Shown: one piece after another, positions 12,835 through 25,080 of the stretch
Numbering within the stretch: the first letter of the stretch is position 1
Layout of the letters: each line of letters begins with the position of its first letter
NCBI GenBank assembly: GCA_028534125.1
Contig: CM052818.1
Span: 40,488,001-40,552,000, forward strand
Direction of reading: 5' to 3'
From: Lama glama
Lineage: Eukaryota
Length of the DNA: 64,000 nucleotides
The notes under the pieces: generated by a model
The model's database searches: none
Told to the model about the DNA's origin: nothing
The model's input: the letters and a program-made list of their open reading frames with translations, nothing else
Translations under genes and position numbers: made by a program

Positions 12835-13679
12835 ATTGGATTTTTGTGGATCCAGTTCTACTCTCTGTTGGTCCTTAGTCATGCTGCGTTCTTCTACCTT
12901 TTGCAGGTGAGTTCAGGTCTTCGCAACTTCAACTTTGGGAATTCTTCAAGGCTTGTGTTGAAGTCATGTTCCTCTGGAGTGAATTTGTTTGTTTCTTTCT
13001 GTTTCCTGGGAGCACCATCAGTGAACGATCACTTTAATTAAATTCTCTGCTTGTGAGAGCTTGTCTACAAAGTCACAAGTTTAAGCAATTTTTCCTCAGC
13101 TCTAACGCTGAAACAGGTATGTTTTCTTACTGTCTCCTGTGCTGCAGATTTGCTTTTGTTCGCCCTAACGCAGAATTGTGTTTCGTTGAGATCTCGGATT
13201 TGTGTGATTCCTAATTGACTCACCACTTTGAATTAATGCTGAATTTATTTCAAATCCTCAGAGGTATGTGAGGCCATCAAAATGGAAGTTCATGGCCACA
13301 AGGATCTGGCAGATTCCCCTGAAATGAAACCCGAGGTCAGCATTCATCCATCTCATTTTATTTTGGGTTTGTAAGGAGTCCTTACTTTCTTGCAAATTCA
13401 ACAATGGGATTATTTTTAACACATTTAATGGAGTTTAAAGTTATTTTTCCCGAGAGGCCCTTTTTGGTCTCTAGTACATAAAACTGCAGGAAAAAGAGCC
13501 TCTCTTTCTCCCCCAGGGGTCCTTTTTCTCCATCTGCTCCACCAGCCATCATATGGCTTTCGCTCACAGGGTCATAGATCAGCTGCTATACCCTAAGAAT
13601 CATACCAGCACTGCAGACTGGGAGCCATGGAAATGACCCTGGGGAGAAAAACTAGTATTATTTTAGTCTCTTCCTTTTT

Positions 13680-13871
13680 AACAGGAAAATAGCAGCTTTA
13701 GTGGAAGATGTCTACTGGCAGTTGGTTGCCCAGAATTGTGCAACATGACCACCTGGTTGCAAGAAAACTGAGAAATGAGCTGGACATGTTGCATTATGAA
13801 TAGTTTGGACTCCGGTGCTAAGAAGAATGGGAGAATGGACATGTGCTAGGAGCCTAGATGTCTCTTCCACA
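13680..13871 (-). mobile_element. MLT1 (MaLR) LTR fragment
   Basis: ccagaattgtgcaacatgaccacc..tgcaagaaaactgagaaatgag..aagaagaatgggagaatggaca..tcttccaca is the antisense start of an old MLT1K/L-type LTR. Confidence 0.65.
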
Positions 13872-13978
13872 CCCTGGAATCATCAGAATAATATTATTGA
13901 CCATAGATACAGATTTTTTTCTTATCTCTGGGCCATACGCAGTGACAAACTAAGTAGGATATATAAATATGGGTAAAT

Positions 13979-14222
13979 CAGAGTTTCACAACCTTAGCAA
14001 TACTGACATTTTGGGTCAGATAATTTTTTTTTCCTCATTGGGAGGGGCAGTCCTGTGCATTGTATGTTGCTGAACAGCATTACTGGTCTCTCGATCCGCT
14101 AGGTCCCACCAGATACCAGCTGCTGTCCTCTCCCAGGGGCTATGGCAACCAAATGTGCCTGCAGACATTGCCAAATAGCTCCTTGGTGCAGGGTGGGAAT
14201 CACCTCTAGTTGAGAACCACTG
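13979..14222 (-). mobile_element. MER20 hAT-Charlie DNA transposon, near full length
   Basis: cagagtttcacaaccttagcaatactgacattttgggtcagataatt..gcagtcctgtgcattgta..cagacattgccaaat..gttgagaaccactg; both TIRs present. Confidence 0.9.
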
Positions 14223-14389
14223 ATACAGATGTCGACACAGATGTAGAAGGATAGAGACATGGATGTGCATACACAAATACACGTATATGTGCACCTGCAC
14301 AGATGTCTGTGTGTGCATCTGCTCATCCCTGACACTGAGGTTATCACCTTTGGGGCTCCAGCTTTATGTGGGTCTCCGGTTTAATTTTC

Positions 14390-14530
14390 ATTAAAACTAT
14401 ATGAGGAAGAGACTATTATTCTTCTCCATTTTCCTAGATAAATAAGCTGAAACTCTGCTCTCAGAGATTAAGTAACACACTTAATGCTACACAGCTACTC
14501 AGCCACAGAACCCAGACATGAACAATCTCT
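14390..14530 (-). mobile_element. MIR SINE fragment
   Basis: ctattattcttctccattttcctagataaataagctga..tcagagattaagtaac..acacagctact. Confidence 0.7.
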
Positions 14531-14538
14531 AAAGCTAA

Positions 14539-14562
14539 TTGTGTGTGTGTGTGTGTGTGTGT
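14539..14562. repeat. (TG)n microsatellite
   Basis: Directly visible run of about 11 TG units. Confidence 0.95.
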
Positions 14563-14736
14563 ATAAATGACTCCTCACGCCGTAATGGGAATATTCAAGA
14601 CTCCATCACTTACTCCAGTGTCCGGATCAAGAGCCACTCTCCTCCTCCTGACTCTTCCTTCCAGGCCATTCGCCTGGCGCTCTTGGAGGGCCTGGCAGCT
14701 CTTTGCCATCGTCCTGGGTAAAGCGTTGCCTCTATC

Positions 14737-14754
14737 CAACAGCAGAGGGCAGCA
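14737..14754 (+). promoter_or_regulatory. Candidate CTCF binding site
   Basis: ACAGCAGAGGGCAG matches CCASYAGRKGGCRS at 13 of 14 positions, inside a locally CpG-rich non-repeat patch. Confidence 0.55.
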
Positions 14755-15895
14755 AAGCCCACATTCTGATCTCAGAGACGCAGCGATTTCCCATAGTCTC
14801 AAGGCACTTAATTTCAGAGAACTTTGTTGCTGAAGACGAAAAGCAGTTCAACTATCAGTCTGAAGTGAAGGTTAGAAATAATTTTCAAAAGCAAAACTCA
14901 CAAATATTGAGAAAACAGACTCCTGGAATAAACCCAAAACATAAGGGAAGGTTAAACACAAGATGAATTTTAGCTTTCACTTCAGTGCCTCATTTTCTGA
15001 AATTACTAAGCCGATGAGTTAAATACTGGCTCTTGATGTGAGACTGGGGCCTCAAAGAGCTCCTCCAGTCACCCTTCCATTCAGTTCACCTTTGCTTCTC
15101 TTCCACCTATTGGCTAAAGCTCATTAGGAAACAAATAGGACCAATCACAGTCATGGCTCCCAATGACCTCCAGAAAGAAGGAAAGGATAATAGGGTTTCC
15201 CTGCATTGACAGTTGATATCCATAGTCCACAGTTCACTAATTTAGGCACCACTGAATGTGTAATAATCTTCGAAGAGAAATTAGAAGCATATATCTTGCC
15301 TTATTGCTCACTGGTGATCAAGTATGTCTACATCCATTTTGCAAGGAGCCTCGCAACTGAATCACATAAAAGAAAAGTATGTTCTCAGAATATGAGCAAG
15401 GAGATTGAGCACAGTCTAGGAGCAATAGCATATGAAAATCTTTCTAATATTCCAAGAAAAAAAAAAGAGACTCTTTAACATTAAAGTTAGAAAGCTCCTT
15501 GAGATCATCTCATCCAAACTCTAATTTTGCCATTGAGGAAGCAAAGGTTCAGAGAATCAAAGCACCCTTGTATTCTGATGCATGTAACCGTAGTTAATCT
15601 GTTTGCATTGCAGTGGAATAGTCTCTTGTTCAATAGATCTCACTGTATCAACACACTCGGTTTGTCTCCAGTGTTTTACTATTGGAAGCAATGTGTTATG
15701 TGTATCCATATGTGTATTTTCTGGACTCATATGGAAAAGTTTCTCTAGGGCAATTAGCTAAGGAGGCTAGCTGGATTGTAGAGTACACAAATTTGCAAGT
15801 TTTTAAGTACTGCCATTCTGGTTTTCCTAAGTGGGGGACATAATTTGCATTACAATAAGCAATGGGCTAGTATTCCCATTGTTCCGCATTCTTAC

Positions 15896-16376
15896 TGTGA
15901 ACGAAAAATACTGCAAACCATTATCAGCAAACAAAGAATACTGAAGCCATCAAGTCATCAACACTGCTGACACCCCCCACAGGGAAGACAAGCCTGCAGC
16001 CCAGCCTCTGCAGCCACTCACAATGGTGCACTCTGAGCGGACTCAGAATAAGAAAGGACAGGATACTGGCCCTAGATAGCTAGGTGCTTGTCAAAGGAAT
16101 GAATTCAGTGAGCCCAAATGTTTGCTTCCTCCCATACATAGAAAAGCACTAAATTCTTTAACTTGAGATGCCTGGTTTTCTTTAGATAATAAGTAATCTT
16201 TTACTGTTCCAACTACCTGGTCTTTGCTGTAAAGCTCCTATATATCCTAGCTCCTCCCCTACCTCTTCGGCGCAGTCCCTCAGAGCCATCTGAGAGGCTG
16301 TCATCCCGGCTTGAGTCGTCCCGCCAAATAAAACATAGCTCTCAACTTTTAGGCTGCGCGTTTAGTTTAGTCGATA
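15896..16376 (+). mobile_element. ERV1-class solo LTR (MER41-like, cetartiodactyl)
   Basis: TG start (tgtgaacg), end gtcgata (CA mutated), 4-bp TSD ttac/gtac, TATA-like cctatatatc near 16237, AATAAA at 16327-16332. Confidence 0.85.
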
Positions 16377-16746
16377 GTACCAACTTTGTAATCTTTGGAA
16401 TTGTGTAACTTCATAATTTTGTCAGTCTGGTTGGTGTTTCATCATGATTTTAATTGGACTCCCCCAATTATTAAAGAGATGGAGCACATTGTGTATGTAC
16501 TAAAAGTGTTTCCTTCTCTGTGAACACCTATTATCCTTTCCCTATGTTCTAACTCATCTCGATTGGTTGGTTCAATATCTATTGTGGATATTTCTATGAC
16601 TACTGCATTTATCAAGTTAAACAGAACTCTTTCTAGTTTGTGAAGAGATGTTAATAATGATCAAATGTTTAATACCATTGAATATTCTTTTAACATTTAC
16701 TGAAATGACTCCATAGTTTTTCTCCATCAGTCTCTTGACATGATGA

Positions 16747-17277
16747 TGTAGGCACAAAGCGGTTTAAATCCTAACCCCGAGACACTCTGCAGAAGTGGTT
16801 GAGGCTAAATAGCTTGAGACAGGTTGATGCTCCTGGATTCCGTGGGTGGGCCCAGTTTAATTATATGATCCTTAAAAATGAAAGAGAAGGGTGCAAGAGT
16901 GGGTCAGAGAGACACAGCATTAGGACTCGACCCACTGTTGCTGGCTTTGAAGATGTAGACAGGGAACCATGAGCCAAGGGATGCGATGTCCTCTAGAAGC
17001 TGGACCAACACTCAGTTCACAGCCATCAAGGAAACGGACCTCAGTACGACAACCACAAGGCGCCGGATTCTGCTGAAACCCAAATGAACGTGGAAAGGAA
17101 TTAATTCTCTACTGCAGCCTCCAGAAAGGAACACAGCTTCCCTGGCACCTTCCTTTTAGCCCAAAGGGACCTGCATCAGACCTCTGACCTTCAGAACTAT
17201 AAAATGGTACACTTATATTATTTTAATCCATCAAACATGTGGTAACATATTACATCAACAACAGAAAAACAAATACA
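16747..17277 (+). mobile_element. MLT1D/E (MaLR) solo LTR
   Basis: tgtagg..aaataca termini; diagnostic ctgttgctggctttgaagatg, ctctagaagctgg, gcctccagaaaggaacacagc; TSD gatga/catga. Confidence 0.9.
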
Positions 17278-17364
17278 CATGACAAATCACATTAATAGAT
17301 TTTCTATTTTGAAGCCAGCTTATATATTCCACTTGGCATTTCAGCTTACATAAGCAATGGTTAT

Positions 17365-17665
17365 TATTCAGCTAAAGACTCCAGAGGACCCCTTTGTAGA
17401 TTTCTGGAAATCTTGATCTACATACGTTCCTCTTCTCCAGGAATTTTTCCAAAACTTCTTCTTTTTGGGGGGGGGGGTCTCATTCACTCAGTGAGAACAC
17501 ATATTCTGCTTGTGATCTCTGTAGACTATCATCCAGACAGGATAACCCTCTTAAGGATTACATTCCAGCACTGCCTTTTGCCCCATATCTCAAAGTAATG
17601 ATATTTTCAAATATCTTGTGGTTTATGGCAGGAAGGTGAATCCGTTTCCAGTAATGGCATCATTG
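17365..17665 (-). mobile_element. Old L1M 5'-end fragment
   Basis: cagctaaagactccagaggacccctttgtagatttctgga..gtggtttatggcaggaaggtgaatccgtttccagt, related to 11200-11697. Confidence 0.55.
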
Positions 17666-20600
17666 CATTGCACTGTAGTCCTTTTCAATACATATTATAA
17701 ATCTGCTTTAGAATTAAGCATAGACCACAAGCTGTTATATTTCTGCATATTTATTTTTGAACGAGGCAATTACAACTCAGCTTGCTATATTGCCTCCAAA
17801 TAGTATAGGATGAATATCCTTGATTTTCTTCATTTTTCACTCAAAAAGTCACTAGAGCCTCTTCCTCCAGATATTGGATGAAAAGTTGATGGTGGGTGAA
17901 AAGTGTATCTGAGGCGAGATTACTGGTGCTTGGGAAGTATCCAACCCTCGAATTCTATTTTAGAGTTTCTCTGTAAATGCAGGGTTTATTTTTTCTTTTC
18001 CTTTCTTTCTTTTTTTTTTTTTTTTACTGTTTTTAGTACATGCTTTAATCTTTCAAGGATGGCGAGCACCTAGATCCTGCGTTTCATCACACAGCTATGT
18101 CAACTACCCATTTTGGTGAGATGTTGTGTAGCGAGGAATCATCTCCTGCTACAGTTCGATGGATAAATGTACAATTTCTCTTGAATTGGGCCCATTGCTG
18201 AAAAGTTGGCTCATGTCCATGTAGCATCTCTCCTGTTTGGAAGCTGGACCAGAGAAGACAATGGTAAAATATGGTCACACATCTTCTCTTCTTGTCTGAC
18301 TACCTCTGCTCATCTACAGAATTGGAATAAACTGAAAAACATATTTGCTCTGCTTTCTGTGTGGTCTCTTTATGCTCCAGTCTTACTACCTCCAAGCATA
18401 GGTATATTAGCAGGGGCCTTCAGAAAGTCTTATCTCTTTTTCCACACTAATTCCAATTTTGATCTTAAGGAGCGCTAGTCTTTGTCAACGTCAGCTATGT
18501 CTCAATTTGATAAAAATAAAATTGCATCTGATAGATGTTTTTCCGAGATTGTAGTACGAGATTAGAGACCTTTCCTAGATGCAGCATAGTTGAGATTTTC
18601 TATGTCATTTCAATGTGATGGATGGAAGAGCTTTTGGTAAATGTACAGTCACTTTACCACATTTGCTGAACAAAAAGCAAAGCCTTCCAAAATTCTTTTA
18701 AAAAAAAAAAAAAGAACAAATTCTTCTGTTCTACCTCCCATCACAGCAGCAAGGTGGGACACAGGACACTTCAGTTCCCTCTCAAGTCTTTGATTCTGGG
18801 TTCTTCTGGCATAGTTGCCTTTTTCTGGAATTAAGTCAACGTGATTATTCAACAGCAGTCCTTTCAAGGGTCTGATTGTTGTAACATTGGTGTTTACAAA
18901 GAGACTGCAGTGAAGGCGGAAATGGTGTTTAAACAGACTGGAGGCATTTAATCGAGATTCATTGTGCACATGAAAATGCAAATGCTTGTGAGGTACATCG
19001 CAAGAAAGCACACTGCTATCTCGTGCAATATTTAACAGGCCTGCAGCACAGTACAATTAAGAGCACGTTCCAGCGAAATGTGGTTTCCACCAGGATAGAA
19101 AATATCCCTGATTAGGTATCGAGGCTAAGATGAAACCAGAGCACCCTGGTTTCGTGTGGCCAATTATAAGTACATTCTTACAATTGATTCATTATGGCAA
19201 ATCCAAACTAAGAAATTTCTCCAAGTGGTCTGAAAACTCATTCTCTTCCTGTTAGACAGTATGGATAAGATGTTAAAATAGAATCTTCTACCTGTCATTA
19301 CATAGAGTCCAAGGATTAACACCTAAATCCAGAATATGCTGTGAGCTCTTCCATCAGTATTCTAAATCTACTCTTACAGTTAAGCAAATATTGAACAAAG
19401 ACAGGGATGTCTGGGGTCACTGATCAACCGCTCTGGAGCCTTTCAGCTCCTCCTCCTCAGTGTACCTGCACTCTGCAAGCGCATTCTGAGAGAGCAGGCT
19501 GGGGGGAGAGTGTGCTAAAACTTACTCACTTCTGATGCTACAGATGTAAGGTGCATTTGAGGGGTCTTGCTGGCTTTGATGACTCCAGAGGAACTGGGTA
19601 CTTGGGAGAAGTGCTTATTTATATTGTGTGTCTTCTGAATTCTGTGGCTCAAATTCAAGTTTGATTTTTGTAGAATCTTACATTGTAAGAATCATTTTAC
19701 ACATCTCAACTAAAGACTCCTTTAGGACAGGCTTTGCATCTGCAGCGCCCAGGACTGGACCTGGGGCACTGTAGAGACTTCGGGGTGGGGGAGGGCTTAT
19801 GTAATTAATTCTTAATTAATCTTGTCCTTTCTAAATTTCATTGTATGGATAGAAAGTTAACCCCTAAGGAGCATTAGGCCCATTATTTGTGAAAAAGCAA
19901 AATTGGGCAGATGTGCTGCTGTAAGAATAGATTTTCCTAAGCCAGCACGTGCCAAATAGAACCCAAATCGTCAGCCATAGAAGCAATTGAGAAGGCAATG
20001 TCCTCTATAACGAAATTAATTCAATTTTTAAATAGAATCAACAGATCACAGAACTTTATTGCTGAAAAGGGTCTCAAAGTCCATTTAGCCCATGAGATTA
20101 TTAATTTACCAATGAGAAGTTAACCTGTGCCATGTATTTGGTAAGAACCAAAGATACAATAATGAGCCAGAAATTGCTTCTACCTTCACTAAGCTGGTCA
20201 GTGCTATGTAAATACCAATGTGTTGATTTAAACTATGTAAAGCTGCACATTGATGGCCAATGTATGGCCAAAGAACCTGAACTGAACTCCATCAACATCT
20301 AGCTATGATTCTTTGGATTTGTCTTATAATTCTTTTGAAATCTATTTACTCATTTGAGGAAGAAAAAGTAAAAAGGGGTCACAGAGGTGTCATCAACTTA
20401 AGATGAAAGATGAGGCATATGAGATCGCCTCCCTCTTCCTGAGAGCCCACGGAAATAAGAAATCAAAGAATGAAAAGGAATCAACCAATAGGGGCAAAGA
20501 GAAGGAAGAGGGGGAAAGAAGTGCCCCTACTTGGTGAATAATTGTAAAAAATCTGAAAGAAAATTGTGGATAGGAGTGGGTTGACAGATAACATGGGTGG

Positions 20601-21129
20601 AGAATGTAACAGCATAGAGGAGGCAGCAACCCAAGGACCTCAGATTGGTCCTGAGTGCAGAGTCAGCATAGATGCTGGTGGGCAGGAGTTACACGCTGTG
20701 TAGAAGAAGGAACAGTTGAAATTTATTACATGGGACAACTGCACAAAATAGCACGTGGCATTCCTCTCCCCTCCGCCAGCATGCAGAAAGTGGGAAGGCA
20801 ATATTTAGTGCAGGAAACACACCAGGTAGAAATTTCTAAAGAAATTAAGTTAAATACATTGGATAACTTAAGCCTTCTACCATCACTGAGGGACTCTTGT
20901 CTACAACATTCTTCTCTCTGGCAACCAGATTTCCACCCTATCATGCTAAAGTTAAGCTTGGCCATTAACTATACTCTACCTGGAGATCTCTGAGTTGTAA
21001 TTTCAGCCAGGGGAGAGCCCTAGCCAGCCGGCAGACTGACTTCAGTGCTGCTTGAAGAAAGCATCTCAAAGAAACAAAATAGATATGATAGCAGATTCCT
21101 TGCTGGAGACAATGCACACTAGAAGACGG

Positions 21130-21770
21130 CCGAGCAACACTGAAATTCTGAAAAGAAAAACCTAGAATTCTTTACCCAGTGAAAATACCTTTCAAAAATT
21201 GAGGCAAAATAAAGACGTCCCACACATACACAACCTGAAAGAATGAATCGCTAGTATAGCCATACTGCAAGAAATGGTAAAGTAAGTCTTTCAAGAAGAG
21301 AGAAGATAAGCTCACGTGGAAATCTGGTTTAGGACAAAGGAGTGAAAAGCAACAGAAACGGTAACTACATGAATAGATATGAACACTATTTTTCTCATTA
21401 CTTAAATATATGTAAAAGACAATAGACCACTTAGAGCAAAAATCAGAAATGCATGTTTCAAGTTATAACTTACGTGTAGGCAAAATATAAAACAGCAGTA
21501 ACACGAGGACCAGGAGGCGAGACAGGCAAGTGTACTGTTGTGAAGTCCTTGTACTATACGTGATACCCCATCACTTGAAGGTGGTTGTAAGTTAAAGATG
21601 GGTATTGTATCCTCTAAAACAACCATTCAAATCACACAACAAAGAATTATAGCTAATGTCTAACAAGGAAAATAGAATCCTAAAACATAATCTGAAAAAG
21701 GAAGGAAAAGAGGGACAATGGAGCAAAGAACGAATCGGACAAACAGAAACAAATTCCAGCGACTGCGTTC
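21130..21770 (+). mobile_element. Old L1M (end of ORF1 and inter-ORF region)
   Basis: aacctagaattctttacccagtgaaaatacctttcaaaaattgaggcaaaataaagac..ctgaaagaat..actgcaagaaatggtaaag. Confidence 0.8.
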
Positions 21771-22188
21771 TCAAGGGAGGATGAAAATGTCTGGGAGGTA
21801 GATGCTAGTGATGAGGGTGATGTAGCTGGTGGGCAACAACCTCAAAAAGCAGCAAGCCCCGACAAAGTGGAGGAGCAAAAGCTTGGAAGTGGTAATAAGG
21901 GGTCTGAGAAAAGCATCAAGCCTATTTCTGGGACACTTGGGCCAAAATATGATCTAGGTGTTGCTTGGCAAAGATTAGGAGATTTCCTAATACATCTTAG
22001 TTGGGATACAGGATTGGACCTATGCTCTAGGAATAGAAAGTTCCTAATATCTCTAAACTGGGGGGAAAAAAAGAAATTTGATAATGCTTTTTTATAAAGT
22101 TTCAGGAGCAATTCTCCAACCGTGGGGCCATCAGATTTGGAGCAGGGCCACAGTGAGACCACAGGGACTAAGACCATCAGAAGGACAC

Positions 22189-22715
22189 TGTTGGGGCTGA
22201 CTGGTTACTGTCCAATACCCACCCCCATCCATACATACACACACACACACACACTCACACACACACACACTGGAATCCCAGATGTCATGGCCTGGGCCAG
22301 TTGCTGCGTCTAAAGGATCTGCTCATGAATGCTTCACACGTCCTCCTCCTGCTCTGGTCTTTACTCTGGGAACGTGAGTTATCGCCTGTCCCCCGAACCG
22401 TGGACAGGAGAGCAGCCATCCATCAGCCTGTGTGGCAGCTCGCCCCGAAGGCCATGGCTGCCCCCGCACTCTGGGAGACAGATGTCACTCGTGGCTTTGC
22501 TAAGATCGTTCTGTCGCAGGACTGGGTCCACAGGAAAACAGCCTTCCATCCGGACATTTTAGTGCCTTGCACTCTGTGCAGTGAGGTGGACTCCCTCAGA
22601 ATTTGCAGCTATCCCCTCAAGGCCCCGATATCACCCTAAACCTGTCTTCTCAGCCCCTCACTCTCACAATTGGAGTCTGATGTTCCACACGGAAACTGCT
22701 TTCCTTTTCATTACA
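22189..22715 (+). mobile_element. Probable old ERVL-type solo LTR containing a (CA)n tract
   Basis: About 530-bp GC-richer block starting TGT and ending ..attaca with a degenerate poly-A signal; no TSD found and family not identified; (CA)n near 22232-22270. Confidence 0.35.
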
Positions 22716-24439
22716 TCTGTAGTTTCTTTGGAATCAAAACTAAGAGGCCAGAGCTGGATGGGGCTTTAGAGCTGTAGAGCAACTCTCTCATTGTGTAAAG
22801 GGAATTGAAGGCTCAGAGAAGGGACTGGATGAACACACCTGCAGGTGAATGCCAGACCAGAACCAGTCACCTCTGACCTCCAGATGGATGCTAGATGACT
22901 CTCCCTGGCATCTGAAAGATCATGTGACCATGAACTGGGGGCTGTGAACCTTGACCGGGGAGCCTCCCAAGAGGACCCCTGCCCCATACTGATGGCCCCC
23001 TTTTGTTTAGTTCTCGCTTGAAGTGCTTTTTGAGATTACTCAGGATCTCTGCGTGTTGGGTTGTGGCACGTCCCCAGATTTTAACAGCACCAGACACCTT
23101 TCTCACTATGGCTGAGGCAAACAGACACTTCCTATTACTTGTCTCTGTAACTTTTTAGGAATCCAATATGATAAATGTCACTGGCCATGGGAGGTGGCTG
23201 ACAGGCGGGAGACTGCCAGGGAGTTGTCATAGGATGAATGACAGCTGTGGGTCAGTAACCTTTTCCCATCAAATAGGGAGATAGAAAATAAAAAGGAAAT
23301 ATATAAATGGCTGGAGCAGATCCACATTATCTGTGATTCAGAGCAGCGAGGTCAGGACTTGGAGACTATGGACATGGGGAGGAAGATGAATCAAGTCAGG
23401 TGGATTCGTGGGGCTTCACCTTAAGCTGGCACCACAGAGAGCGTGAGATGGGAAGGCATGCACCTCTCCTTGAAGAGATCACTGCCCAGGCGACGTGATC
23501 ACAGCATCGGTGCAGCCCTCGGCCATGGCGCTTGTTTGTCATGTGACTTCCTTTAGAAAAGGGGCTATCTTCCATGAAAAAATGACATGAGCATCAATCA
23601 ATGAGACAAATACACAAATAAGGCCTACACCTTCATCTTCATAGAGTTTACTTAGGGGTGCGTGTGTGTGTGTACACATATATTTACACACATAATGTAT
23701 GCTTAGCACTCATATAAACGTGAGCTTAATAAGGACATAGCTTTCATTCAGATCACGTGTTGGAGGATGCTGCTGAAGACTTCACTCAAGCGACGTAATA
23801 CTACAGAGCAGTGAAACGAGCAAAGGCTTTGGAATTTGAGCACTAACCCTGCCACTCACCATTCACATCACTTCTGAAGTGATTTCATTTTTCAGATTTC
23901 CCCCGCCCCATCCAACCTCCCTGCTCACCATCCTGTTTCAGGAATCATACTGTGAAGGCTCTGGATGTTAGTTACCTTGCAGAGGGACATTTCAAGCACT
24001 GGTTGTGGGACAGGGATGGTTTTGTGGCTTGTCAGTGTCTGTGAAAGCAAGGTGATGAGAATGGATGTACAGGAGACACCTGCATGGGTGCTCCCAATAG
24101 CCTAGAAATAAGGAAAATATGATTATCTTTTGGAACTCACACCATGAAATCAACACAAAATGGGCCTTGGCTGAGTCATGCAGAACCATCTTACGGAAGT
24201 AGAATGCTTCCCGGGTGAAGGAAATGGTTAACTGAAGGAATCCCCACTTTTATCAGAAGGGCATGGTAGCCGCCAAAGTGTAACAAAAGTGAAGCAGTCG
24301 GGAATGGCCTCTAGGCGAGGGGACTCTGTGGCTGATGGGGTGGTGGGGATCTCCACCAAACCCCCAACACAGACGTGGACACTTCAGAGCTTGATGCTCC
24401 TGTGTTTTCTGATAATTTGCCAGAGTTTCCACGTTTTGA

Positions 24440-25080
24440 GTTCACTGATCTGATCTTCCGTCAGTTCTGCCATAGAAACAACTCGAATGTGATCACTTCC
24501 GCCATCTCCTTTGCTGTCACCATAGCGTGAGCCCCAGTGTTTCTCACTGCTTCCCAGTGACTCCCTGCCTCCAGGTCCACTCCCCCCTTATCTCCCTTCC
24601 AATCGTTCTCTGTACTACAGCCAGAAAGATCATTCTAGTCATACATTTTATGTTACTTTCTAGCTTAAAACACTTCGGTGGCTCCCTGTTACATTTAGTT
24701 TAAAATTCAAATGCCTTGACATGGCTTAAAAGATCTAAGCTGGATCCCATCAAGTTCTGCAGTGTCATTTCCGATCTGCTCTCCCCTCCAATATCATCTC
24801 TGTCTTGAGATTTTCTCTCTGGTGCCCCCTCTTCCCTCTCTTCCCTGGGAGTCTCTCACATGTTCCTCAGCCCCCATGTGGAACCACTTACCCTGATCCC
24901 TAAGCCCTGGCCTGGATGCCTCTTCACATCTTCTCAGAGCACCAGCTCCCACCCTCACCTCTGCAGCTATTATATCAGGTTGAACCCCTTGCTTACTTTA
25001 ATCGTTGTCAACTAGACTGTAATCTCTTTATATGCTGGAATGATAGCTTCATTCCCTGTGCTCCAGGTTCTTTGTCTGAA
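24440..25080 (+). mobile_element. L2 LINE 3' fragment
   Basis: ctccctgcctcca..aatcgttctctgtactacagccagaaagatcatt..gcttaaaacacttcggtggctccc..caactagactgtaa. Confidence 0.8.

Larger units (their letters stand above)
10990..13500 (-). mobile_element. Fragmented ancient L1M (L1ME-like), interrupted by other elements
   Basis: T-rich antisense L1 phrases (aatgtttcatatgcacttaaaaagaatgcac; ccttcttttggattgactga; gtctgaaagtcattttctttta-like). Confidence 0.6.
15570..17340 (-). mobile_element. Ancient L1ME fragment hosting two LTR insertions
   Basis: Antisense L1 3' phrases (ggaaaagtttctctaggg; aatttgcattacaataagcaatg..tattcccattgttccgcattctt|caac; atgattttaatt; aaatcacattaatagatttt) resume on each side of the LTRs. 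Confidence 0.65.

Noticed and set aside
18649..19056. 135-aa minus-strand ORF
   Set aside because: Non-ATG start, runs through a poly-T tract, no recognisable domain; the region is better explained as non-coding.
22020..22060. Resemblance to an FRT site (aagttcctaatatctcta)
   Set aside because: Partial match only; lacks the correct 8-bp spacer and inverted 13-bp arm.
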